Source of the DNA: Chlorokybus atmophyticus
Lineage: Eukaryota > Plantae > Mesostigma and Chlorokybus algae
DNA length: 61,457 bases
Assembly: GCA_009103225.1 (NCBI GenBank)
Contig: RHPI01002071.1
Coordinates: forward strand, 26,281-87,737
Direction of reading: 5' to 3'
A program made the position numbers and the translations under genes. Position 1 is the stretch's first letter, and every line of letters starts with the position of its first letter. Positions 37,130 through 49,031 of the stretch are shown one piece after another. A model generated the notes under the pieces. It was not told where the DNA came from. It saw nothing but the letters and a program-made list of their open reading frames with translations, and did no database searches.

Positions 37130-40100
37130 GTGGCGCATCATCAATAGCGGCATCGTCGGAAGCCACAAGTGGTGCTGCCTCGGCAGCCACAACCATTGCT
37201 GGGTCGACGCCATCAACAACACTATCGGCATCCACACTAACCACGACAGCAGGTGCAAGCACCCCTGGCACCATGCTATCTCCGGTGATGGAAAGCACCG
37301 ACGCCGCGGCAGCCATGGTCGTCGGGTTCGGGGGTGGTGAAGCCACCACTCCTGCCTTCATTGGAGCCACGGCAGCAGCCACAATTGCTGCCACCCCTCA
37401 CGGCTGCAACCTCGGTGACGACAACTGCTGCAGGTGTCACAACCATCACTTCAAGTGATGCTGCCGCACCCATGGCAATACTACCACCTGAGGATTGAGC
37501 AGCACCACCACCAGCGCTTGATGTCACTTAGCAAGTGCCACGCGGACCGCAAGCAGCCCGAGCCTGGGCGTCCGTTCTGCGCAACATCGAGCCCACCACC
37601 ATTGCGTACGGACCGGGGGGCAGCGCACCACACGTGTGGCACGCGATAATTGCATCTTGCCCCTACCACCTCCAGAGTACCACACGCTACCGGAACCCAC
37701 CCAGCAACAGTTGCAGGACGAAATTCTCGCCGGCATTGCTCCGAAGATGAGGGATCGGCTCTTCGGGGTCACCTACCGGCGACCCGCTGTGTTGGAGCTG
37801 GCCATACAACTGTTCTTGGCGTTGCACGCGAAGCTGCAGGGCGCACCCAGCCAATCGCGACAGCCAATGCCCGCGCAACAGATTGGCTTCGAGCCCTCAG
37901 TGCTGGACCTACTCAGACTTCAGCGCCGTAAAGAAGACCTCGTAGTGACCACGGCGGACATGCCGTTGGGCACTGACCTCGCGCTTCGAGGGCTCACCCA
38001 GGGAAGCCGGCAGGAGCGGTTTTCTGCCCTTGAACAAGCACATCGCTATTGAGTGGACCAAGCAGTACAAGTTGACGCACGCCGTGAAGCGTACGAGGCA
38101 GCATACGCCGTTTCAGTGCCGATCGCGGCGGCGACGGATGTCGCCAGCACCTCTACTACAATGACCGTGGTGCAGCCCACATCAACCGCAGTCGCTCCGC
38201 CAGGGCAAGCAATTGGTGCGGAGGGCTTTGGCTCAACAATTAAGGGGGGTAATCGCCTCGCTGCTGCCTTTACTGGTTGAAAACATGCCCAACGATCAAC
38301 GCGATTTAGGGTTGTGTGGTGTCCTCTTGTGGGGTGGTACCTCACCCCACAAGGGGACACCACACAACGAGGAGGAGCTGATATGGTGGGTGAGCAACAA
38401 CTCCGCACCGCACTCATATGACAAGCAGTTTTGCTGCATAAGCCTAAGGGCAGTGCATTAAGACAGATGATGGGGATGCGATGAGAAGGCAGCGCCACCC
38501 GAGCACGTCTCGTGACATGGCTCGTTGCCAACCACCCTGCCGTCCCCATGTTTGCCTTTAGCAATAGAGCACCATAGTTGGGGGCATTCGTTCACTCGCT
38601 GCGACAAGCCTTTGATAAGGCTGCCACCACGGCTCCGGATACGATGGAGGTAGTGCAAGAGGCAATGGTGCAGCTGCCAGGGGTAGAAGCAGCACGGTAA
38701 CGACGGCGCATCGCCATTGCTCATGAGCTACACGCACAGCAGACTGACCCCTAGCGCACCATACGTGCACGCGCCATGACCGTGCTCGATGTGGGTGTGG
38801 TACAAGGAAGGTGGGATGCCTACATGTCAGGGATCTTACGAGTCCCAACAATCGCTCACGACATGCGGCGACAGCTACTACGTGCAGTGTACCTGCAGCC
38901 CATGCCTCAATACCATCATTGGACTGACATGGGCACGGAGCCCACGGCCACGTGGGAAGGGACATTGGTCAGAGAAGCGGTTCATGCCATCCGATGGACG
39001 TACGCCGCAGAGCAAGCTGAACGCGACGCAGGCCCACAAACACCGGTGCCTTCAGGTTTTCCTCCACAGCCATTGAGTACACCCACGGGCATGATCCCAT
39101 CCTCGCAGAGACAGCGTCCACCTGTACCGCCACTACAACCGGCGCCGCAACACCCAGCACCATGGCCTCCCCGTGTCTACCAACCACCACAACAAGGTCG
39201 GTTCGGCAGAGGGAGAGGGCAAGAAGGGGGTCCTCTGGACCCAGCAGACAGAGGATCTTTGGCTGCACTGCGCTCAGCACCCCTAGCTGAGAGACATGAG
39301 GCCCGGATGGTGGCAGCCCGCACGGAGAGGCTGCGCATCAACGCCAACGCGGCCATGGTTGCCAACTAAAGCAAGCACGTGATCGTCAATGGACTGGCAC
39401 CCAAGTGTGTGATGACCATAATGAGAACAAGAAGGAGCGGGTGGTGTTATACGCCAGCCGAAAAAAAAAACAGCGCCGAGGCCAACTACAGCAGCTACGA
39501 GGGGGAGTGCCTCGCTGCAGTGTGGGCTATCTCTTTCTTCCGACTTTTCCTCTTCAATTGACAATTTTAATTAACCACCAATTATTAGCCACTTAAGTGG
39601 TTGATGATCAACCAACATCTGACCAGGGAACTTGCTCTCTGGGCCTTGCTGGTGCAAGAGCATGACTTCGAATTTGACCACCGCGCCGGCCTTGTAAACC
39701 AAGACGCCAATGGCCTCAGTAACCCTCACCTCAGCACCAACGATGCAACCGGAGCTCGGCATGAGCTCGGCCTTACAGCGGTCGCTCCCACCGTTGCACC
39801 CGTGTTTGCTGCTGCCGCGTTACGCTCAGGGCGCAAGACCAACACCACTGCCACATCAACGGCGGAGGAGATTCCTGCCCTTGAGTCTACCAGCCCCACA
39901 GTGACCACACCCCTAGGGGACGCCCACGCGGTCGACATTAAAGTCAAACAAAAAGCTGGCACCCACCGACACCAGGCAGGCCATATGGCTGGACAAGCCA
40001 TCAATCTCCTTCCTTTAAAGTGGCTAGCTTCCCTTTGGCATGAGTGCACGCGAGAGAGATTGTGTCAACCAACGCACCCGCCACTATCGGTGGGCAGACG

Positions 40101-41717
40101 ACAAGCTGTATTGCCGCTTTCATGACGAAGACAAGGAGGTGCCGACACCAGCCACACGCGCGGGCATCATCACTGCCCTCCACACTGAGCTTGGACACTT
40201 CGGTGTCAAGCGTACATCAAGCCTGGTAAGGGCACAATGTTGGTGGTATGGGTTGTCCAAGCAGGTGTAGGGTTTCGTTAGTCACTGCCAACAGTGTGAC
40301 ATGGTGCGCGCCAGCCTCAACACACGTAGCGCCACCTTGCACCCACTCCCCATCTCCGGTCTTTGCTATTGTTGGGGACTAGACATTGGGAGACTTGGCA
40401 CCCTCGGCACGTGGCAACTGGTACATCCTGGTCACGATCGAGCACTGCGTCAAATGGGTGGAGCTGGTGCCATTACCCGACAAGAGCAGCAGGGGGGTGT
40501 CTCAAGCCTTCCTCTCCCATGTCCTCAGCCGGTTCGGCAGCTGCGATGAGGTCAGCACCGACCAAGGCACTGAATTCAGAGGGGAGTTCGACACCCTTTT
40601 ACACAGATGCTACATCGATCACCGCCGTAACTCACGTGACCACCCCCAAGCCGGCGGTCTCGCCGAGCGGACAGTACAGACCATCAAGAAGGCACTCCGC
40701 AAGTACGTGCTGGAGTATGAAAAAGAACACCTGAGACGACCACCTTCCGTGGGTGGCTCTTGGATATCAATCATCAAAGCAGGTGGCTGCGCGCGAGTAC
40801 AGCCCATACTACCTGCTGTTTGGCCGTGCGCCATTGCTTCCCTTTCGTGCACAGCAGAAGGTAGATCGTGTGGTGAACAACCTTGACGATCCCAACTGAA
40901 TGCACCACAACATTACCACACGTGCTGCGCTGTTCGAACGCACCGTCCCTATGGCCTTCAACAACCTACGCATCGCGCAGCACCGTGACACTCTGCGCTA
41001 CGAGTGCGTGCGCAGCGGCTTTTACAAGGAGCGCCAACGGCGGTTTCAAGCAAGGGACTTTGCCTATCGCATGGCAGCCACCAAGGACACGCTTGACACC
41101 TCCGTGGGCCGCACCGTCTACAAGGTACTTAAGGTGTACCCCACAGGGGTGCTGGACCTCCTGGGTAAAAATAGAGAGAGGTTGTAAGACAACATGGTGA
41201 ACTGCGCGCCATGTCACCTCCCTGACGTAGCTGGCTTTGGGCGCATCCAGCACCCTCGCCCCGCCCGCAGTGAACGCTGCGGCAGCGCCGACGACGACGC
41301 ACTCATGATGCTCTGCAATGGCTGTAACAAGGGCCTGCATTGCTACTGTCTGGAGCCCCCATTGGACGCAATACCCATGGAGGAGGAGTATTGGTGCGAC
41401 AATTGCCGCGCCAATGGCCCTTCTCACTTGCGTTAGCAGCTGAGCCCTGGAGCTGAAACCTCCTCAGAAGCTCAAGGGGGGTGGCTTGTTGACTGTGTGT
41501 CCTACAGCACATCATGTACATTAAGGAGGACACCGACTCCACATGTCCGTATAACTCAGTAGCAGCGGAGCAGCTCCACAAAGCCTTTGTCGCCAGAGCT
41601 GGGTTATCTTTTGCTTTTGCGACACGTTGCAGTATGTTGCAGTAGCATGGCTAGCAAGCATGTCTTTCCCTGCAGCTGTCCGAGACAGCGTGACCGTCGA
41701 CTCTCCTCGACCCGACA
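37130..41717 (+). mobile_element. Ty3/Gypsy copy 3 (same lineage), internally deleted from the protease N-terminus to mid-RNase H; retains integrase, PHD, PPT and repeat A
   Basis: 37130-39414 is colinear with 5565-9895. At ~39414 it jumps into the RNase H (ENKKERVVLYASR). Integrase at 40100-40900 (STDQGTEFRGEFD, GLAERTVQTIKKAL). PHD CNGCNKGLHCYC...WCDNC at 41270-41406. PPT at 41474-41486. Repeat A at 41487-41717. Confidence 0.9.
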
Positions 41718-42685
41718 ATGCTTGCTATCTTTAAAGCACACCATTGCTGCAAAACAATAATAGCTTGGAAGGGTGAGAGGGGTAGGGTCACCAAGCTTAA
41801 GTACGGTGGCTGTCATTGTTCAGCAACAACGGTGCTAGGTACATATCAAGCGTATGTAGCTTTCGTAGCTAAGTGCGAGCAAACCGGCACATTCCTCAAG
41901 TATTTGTAGGCAACGCACCTTTCGTTGAACCACAACATGCTACCAAGGGCCCCACAGTACGTTATCTCACAACCACGTGAAGTATACAAATGCAACTTCA
42001 AACTGGAAGTCGGCAAGGGTTGTGAAGGGCGTCCTCCTCCACCAACACCAACTCAGCTATACAAGCTATACAACTACCCAAAAGCCAACGGCTAAGGGGC
42101 AACTCACGTGCATAGCATTAATACCAGTGAAGGCGGGGAAGGGAGGGGTCATATAAGAAGGGTGCACCACAACGCGAATCCTGCGCATCCTCAGCATGTC
42201 CGCATGTACATACGCAAAGGTGGCTAGTAGCACACTCTGTGCATAGCGCGCTTGGTTCCGCCCATGCATCCTTATGTTCACAACTACTGGCAAAGCCTCC
42301 CCTTCAATCACTTCCTCCGGCAACAATTGCATGTTGCAACCTCATCAGCTCTCTACTTAAGCTCCAGCAGGCACTTACAAGCCGGACTCTGCAAAGCTAC
42401 AACCATAGAGAGTTTAAGCGTTGTTTACCAAGCAATGATGTTGGCCGGCCAAGGAGAAGGGATTGTCATGTGCTCGTTTGCTTGCACGCCCGTTGAGGCA
42501 GTTGCTGCCAAAACAACCATAAGGATGCTGCACTGTAAGCAAGCTGAAGCTCCCGCGCCTCAACATGCAGGCAATGAGGACCAATCATATTGTGTTAGCA
42601 CAGTGCGTCCGCGTGCGTCTGTGCATGTGCGCCCATATGCATGTACTTGCGTGCATGCTTGTGTGCGTGCAAAGACTTGCGGGGA

Positions 42686-42704
42686 GGGGGGGGGGGGGGG
42701 GGGN

Positions 42705-42783
<79 letters not shown>
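42686..42783. repeat. Poly-G run (~98 nt, containing one N)
   Basis: Direct reading of the sequence. The embedded N suggests a scaffold join or sequencing artefact. Confidence 0.9.
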
Positions 42784-42784
<1 letters not shown>

Positions 42785-43857
42785 GGTGTTCTTGTTTGAG
42801 CAGCAATGCCAGCACCTTGCGGCACGGACAGTCCTGTATGTATACAATGGCCTGGATGGTAAGGAAGGAGGAGGTGAGAATCTGTACACACAAGTATGCA
42901 TACTCACCTGCAGTTGCATGTGAATACGCGTTCGAGCAGGCATAGCTTAAACAAGCACAAGTGTGCGTCATGCATCTGCCTGAGCATGCCATTGTTTGTG
43001 TGTATACACGCGAGCACACGTGTGTGTTCTCGCCACCAGCTGCAGGTGTTGTGGGTGCAAGTGCATGTGGGTGTTCGTGGGTGCACTTGTTGGTGCGCAT
43101 ATGGTTGTGTGTACTCCTGTTTGCAATCCATGTACTCGTCACCAACACCCCCACCTCGCTTTTCACACTCACCCACAACATCGCGCATGCGCGCACATAC
43201 ATACACCCACCCACGGGGCTGTTCACGTACGCCTGTTTGCCAAAGACCAACACTTCACCACCATGGAGTCTTGGACATTCATGCACATGTGATCGCAACC
43301 CGTCCCCACCTCCTAAACATCAACGTGGCCTGACTAACAATGCCCAACCGCCTTGGAGGAGGGGAGGTGGTCAACCATGTGGTGGTGAGGGGGGTGGAGG
43401 AGGAGTTGTAAGGTATAGTAGCCTTAAGCTTGTGCTCGCCTCCCCCCTGGCATGCTTTTCCAGCTGCTGCCGACGACACTCGGCGGCGGCGATGTGACTG
43501 CTCACACGCTCTACTCTAGCTTCACTTCATGCCGTTGTTTAGCCCTGGCCAAGAGAACGGCTGACAATCACCTGAGCTTACCGTCAGATGAGCATAGAGT
43601 TGGTCCGCTGCTGCTTACCACACGGCGGACAGACCATACTCTTCCTGTTTGTTTGGGAAGCAGGCCTTGGTTTTGCGGGCGGCGGCGGCAGGCGTGTTGG
43701 GTCATAGTCGTGGTTGTCGGGGTAGGCGACGGGGAGGGCATTGGTAAGCTGGTGATGGCGAGAGCAAAGGCGGCATTGTTATCCTGGTGGTCCGCTAGAT
43801 AGTGTCAGTGTGCATGTTGCTATGGAGTATCCAATGCACAATCACATTATCCGTGTG

Positions 43858-45562
43858 TGTTCAGGATAGCACATGCGCATAGCACGCACGCATGTATACC
43901 GTCGTGTGCGCAGTTGCACACAAGTGCGCAATGTAAGCACGCAGCTGCATGGAGACAAAGCTTAAGGAGGTCTGCTGTTCTGCCGCAGATGGCACCACCG
44001 TTATGGCCACAGTGTGCCAGTACTTCTACTTCAACAGGGAAGGCAAGTTGCGTGATGTTGGATGCGGGGTTTGGTCCATGTCTTGGTTCCACAAGCTACA
44101 GGCAATTGGTTTTGCTGACTTGCTGACCAGTCATGTATATTGTGATATACAACACCACAAGTTGCTGCACCCGCTCATTGTTGTATAGGCACCTTGGTTG
44201 TTTGCGGTTACCTAAGAATGTACAAGTGTGTGACGTTGCTGGTGTAATCGTAATGTCGCAAATCTGCTAACGCACTCTTGTGAGTGCCATTGATTGCGAT
44301 GCTACACAGTTGTTGCTTTGTATGTGTTCTGAGTGAGCCGTTGCCTATGACAGAGTCAAAGGCTACATTCATCACGGAGGGCGTTGTTGGAGACACCAGC
44401 TTCAAGTACATTCCAGACATGCGTTTGTTCAGGATAGCACATGCGCATAGCACGCACGCATGTATACCGTCGTGTGCGCAGTTGCACACAAGTGCGCAAT
44501 GTAAGCACGCAGCTGCATGGAGACAAAGCTTAAGGAGGTCTGCTGTTCTGCCGCAGATGGCACCACCGTTATGGCCACAGTGTGCCAGTACTTCTACTTC
44601 AACAGGGAAGGCAAGTTGCGTGATGTTGGATGCGGGGTTTGGTCCATGTCTTGGTTCCACAAGCTACAGGCAATTGGTTTTGCTGACTTGCTGACCAGTC
44701 ATGTATATTGTGATATACAACACCACAAGTTGCTGCACCCGCTCATTGTTGTATAGGCACCTTGGTTGTTTGCGGTTACCTAAGAATGTACAAGTGTGTG
44801 ACGTTGCTGGTGTAATCGTAATGTCGCAAATCTGCTAACGCACTCTTGTGAGTGCCATTGATTGCGATGCTACACAGTTGTTGCTTTGTATGTGTTCTGA
44901 GTGAGCCGTTGCCTATGACAGAGTCAAAGGCTACATTCATCACGGAGGGCGTTGTTGGAGACACCAGCTTCAAGTACATTCCAGACATGCGTTTGTTCAG
45001 GATAGCACATGCGCATAGCACGCACGCATGTATACCGTCGTGTGCGCAGTTGCACACAAGTGCGCAATGTAAGCACGCAGCTGCATGGAGACAAAGCTTA
45101 AGGAGGTCTGCTGTTCTGCCGCAGATGGCACCACCGTTATGGCCACAGTGTGCCAGTACTTCTACTTCAACAGGGAAGGCAAGTTGCGTGATGTTGGATG
45201 CGGGGTTTGGTCCATGTCTTGGTTCCACAAGCTACAGGCAATTGGTTTTGCTGACTTGCTGACCAGTCATGTATATTGTGATATACAACACCACAAGTTG
45301 CTGCACCCGCTCATTGTTGTATAGGCACCTTGGTTGTTTGCGGTTACCTAAGAATGTACAAGTGTGTGACGTTGCTGGTGTAATCGTAATGTCGCAAATC
45401 TGCTAACGCACTCTTGTGAGTGCCATTGATTGCGATGCTACACAGTTGTTGCTTTGTATGTGTTCTGAGTGAGCCGTTGCCTATGACAGAGTCAAAGGCT
45501 ACATTCATCACGGAGGGCGTTGTTGGAGACACCAGCTTCAAGTACATTCCAGACATGCGTTT
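43858..45562 (+). repeat. Tandem triplication, unit 568 bp, apparently identical copies
   Basis: Identical ORFs recur at 43949/44517/45085 and 44208/44776. TGTTCAGGATAGC occurs at 43858, 44426 and 44994. The span is three units plus 1 bp. Confidence 0.97.
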
Positions 45563-45945
45563 CTCAAAGCTGCACAAACGATTGTGGAACAGGCATCAAA
45601 AGGAGTGCTTCAGTTGTGGGCCGTGAGTGTTTCAGATGAAAACCAGCGGCGTTTTATCGGCACAGCCTTCACTTACGCCAACAGAGATCGCGTGCCGCTC
45701 CTGCTGACGGCACTTCATGTTGTAGACCTTGTTGGTGTGGGTGAAACGTTATGCTGCTCTCACTGCGGCACACCCGAGTTGTGGAGGCGATTCGTGTTTG
45801 TAGCATGGCAGCTGACTCCGCAGTTTTGCGATCCTCCAAACCACTCACGTATGCCCTGTCAGTCGCACGGTGGCATTCGACCATGGGGCCTTCTTTTATT
45901 GTTGGGTACTGTTGTTGTTCACGCATAGAGCTCGCCAGCCCATAG
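45490..45945 (+). pseudogene. Degenerate trypsin-like (chymotrypsin-fold) serine peptidase exon
   Basis: RRFIGTAFTY...PLLLTALHVV (catalytic His motif, ~45716). After a frameshift, MAADSAVLRSSKPL (Asp motif, ~45815). No clear GxSG serine motif found downstream. Confidence 0.5.
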
Positions 45946-48900
45946 GCTGGCGAGACTAATGCTTATTGCCATAGATGTAATGTGCATGAGGACGCACAAG
46001 CAGCAGTGCGCTTGTGCGTACCTGCAGTGCGCAGTTGCGGCGTCTTGCCCCTCGGGCATGACGCCGCCGTTGCCAGCAATGCTGGCGATGCCCAGAATCC
46101 GGGTAGCCGGCAGCCTTGCCACACGTGGCAAGGTTACAACTGCTGCGACTGAGGCCGTAGCAACTGTTGTTGTCGTTCCCTGGCGCTGTGAGCGTCAGCA
46201 TCGTGCTTGCTCAAGTGCGCGCCCAACCCATCCGCCCAGGGTTGCCACCGCCTCCGTCGCCACCATCGCAGTCCAAACTACTGTGGCGCTGCCTTGCGGC
46301 GAGCGTGCAAGCAGTGTTGTCTTCGTGGCAGCTAAAGCCTACGTGGTCAATCGCGCACTCTTAGTCGTCCGATGTGCATTTCGTACTGTCCCTTGCGGCT
46401 CTGCTAGTATGCACAGCCTCGATGAGGACTCTCATCTACGGCTGAGCCTCACTGCCAAAGTTTGATCTAGTCGAGCAAGCATGTGTCGAGAGCTAATCTC
46501 GTCACTAACATCAAGTATCATCCTGCTGCAAGCCCAGATGTGCTTCCTGACACACAGCTACGGTTTCGCCCAAAGCAGAGAATGCCGCGGCGGCGGAGGA
46601 CGCGGCGGAGGCGGCGGAGGAGGAGGATGGGCAGGAGGGGGTAGGGAGGCCACACAATGTCGATTTCTCGCCTTTCTGTGGCGTACAGAAGCCGCTGTTT
46701 GATTTTGGTTGAAGCAGTAAAGACCAAGCCTGCTAGGCCCAGTTGGACTTCTCCTTCTTCCCTGATGATGACTCGTGACGGAAGGGCAACGTGAATTGCT
46801 CCAGCTGGTAAGGGAAGGCTTATTGGTCTGCTTGCTACTACTGTTTGCATGGCTGTGTTTGCATGGTGTGACATGCATGCGCAAGCGCAGCACCGCATTC
46901 ATATCTGCCAGAGCATTGGGTTGCACCCAAAGCTTGTTCCGCACGTCTGGTGCGGTGGTGTTTGTTAAGCCAGATTAGTCAGTGCCGCGTTGTCTTTCAT
47001 GCTGTGGACACGCTTGGTTGAGAGCTTGCCAGGTGGCCCACTTCCCAGGCTTGCATTGCACGCAGGCAATGGACACAAGCCATGTCGCTTTAGTGTGTGT
47101 CATTTAAAGCACACAGTTGTGATCACTTGCGGTGTGACCGCGTGTTGTTGCTGGGCACAAGCGTTTCATATCATCATCTGGGCAAATGTTGCGCTGCCTC
47201 AAGATGAGTCCCCAGCAGTCCAGCCTGCGAGTGCCATATGGCTACATGTTTGCCCGCTTTTCAGCAACAGCAGATGAAAGAGGCAAATGCATGGATGCTT
47301 GCTTAACTCTGGATGGCTTTGTTCACTGTTGTTACAGCCCGCGGATAGCGCAGACACCCGCGACCACCGCCAGCCAATGTGTCGCACGCGCGTGCACGCG
47401 CAGCGGGTGGCAGTTTGTTAGGCATGACATCAATCTGGACACCATGTAAGGCGTGTAAGTGCAATGCAGGAACAACGCAAACACTTTGGCACTAGCGTAA
47501 ATGTGGCCATGAACGCGTGCGAGCGCATTTTGCACACACGCATACGCATGCCAATCACTGGCAAAAACGGGCACAACTTGTATTCACAGCCACAAGCAAC
47601 AGGAGCCTGCACCCTAATATGTGAGCTCTAGATCTGCAATGCATGAAGTTGTGGCCAAGCGCAAGGCACTGTAACAAGCTGTACATATATGTTGGAGCAA
47701 CCAACACAAGCTTGCGCGCTTGTGTTGGTTGTATGTGGCTTTGTGCTGTGGTTGACCAACAATGGAAGCACGTCAATGTGTTCTGCGACTTACATGTGAT
47801 CAATTGTGCAGGCTGAACTGGTTTATAGGCCTCGAGTTGTTGACGAACATACGCTTGCAGCTGTAATTGAGTGCTGTTGTTTTTATTGCTGTTGTACCTG
47901 CCTTTGTATCCCGATAATATGTTAACAGACAATGCATACTGTGGACAGCACAGCCTAAAGCATGTCTGTTGTTGCTTGTCTCAATGCAACTACCAGACCA
48001 AATCGCTGTTGTTATTCAGCTGCTTGCAGCACCAGTGACGGTAGTTTGAAGTGTGGTGTTATGCATCAGCAGTTGTGTGCTTGTGGTTGTACGTCACCAT
48101 CAAGCCAGAACACACAATGCGGATGGTTGTGCATGTGCGCTTGTTCATGCGCAATGGCAGGCACAGCCTCATGTGTCCATTTGACAATGCCATCGGTAGC
48201 ATATGTACATACAATGCGCGTGGCATATGCTCATGCACAGCGACTATCACCAGCCCACAATCATACCGCTCACAATTCACACTACCATGTAGTTCACCAC
48301 CGGGCTACTCTACTTATCTACCTACTACTGGTAACACCCCGTTAGCTATACAAGCATGCATACATGCACAGTTACGTCAGCATGACATCACACTGCGTGT
48401 GTGCGTGCATGTAACAACAACATTGAGTATGAAGCGCGAACAGTTGGTGGGCGGTTGTGCTTGCAGGTTACATGCTGATGCGTGATCCGATGTACATACA
48501 ATGCGAAACGGCAATGCACATGCATAGTGGCATGCACAGTCAGCAGCATGCAGAGTGACATAGCGCATACCAACAACACCATTGTCAGGTTGACCACCGG
48601 GTTCATTCACTACCTCACACGCTGCACTATCCCTACCACCCCGTTAGCCATGTAAGCATGCACATGCATATGCATTCACCTGCACAACGGCCGTTAATTG
48701 GCGGCCCAGTCTTAGCCGAGGCAGCAGCAGCAGCAGCAGACCCAACGGACTCCCCCTCCTCCTCCGCCCACATAACCACCTCCACCCACAACTGCGTCAT
48801 ACACCCTGCTCTGGCTGTGTTGTTAGGGTTTGCGCCCATTAGCGCGCAGCATGCATACGCACAGCACGTCGCACTCCCTTTTCGCAGTGCTGTGTGGTCT

Positions 48901-49031
48901 CTCATTACTAGTACAGCAACATCGTCACACATAGCTACGTACTGTCATCCATGCCTATTACATCGTCACACCAAGCTACGCACTGTCATCTCTGCCTATC
49001 ACTGCACAAGCACACTCACACGCCTACACAA

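Noticed and set aside
42560-43298. Poly-Pro/poly-Gly ORFs, and a G-quadruplex role for the G run
   Set aside because: They are produced by the ~98-nt G homopolymer, which contains an N and is more likely a scaffold join or sequencing artefact.
46480-48950. Additional host gene from scattered exon-like blocks and short ORFs
   Set aside because: The blocks have in-frame stops, no recognisable domain and a CA/TG-rich low-complexity background.
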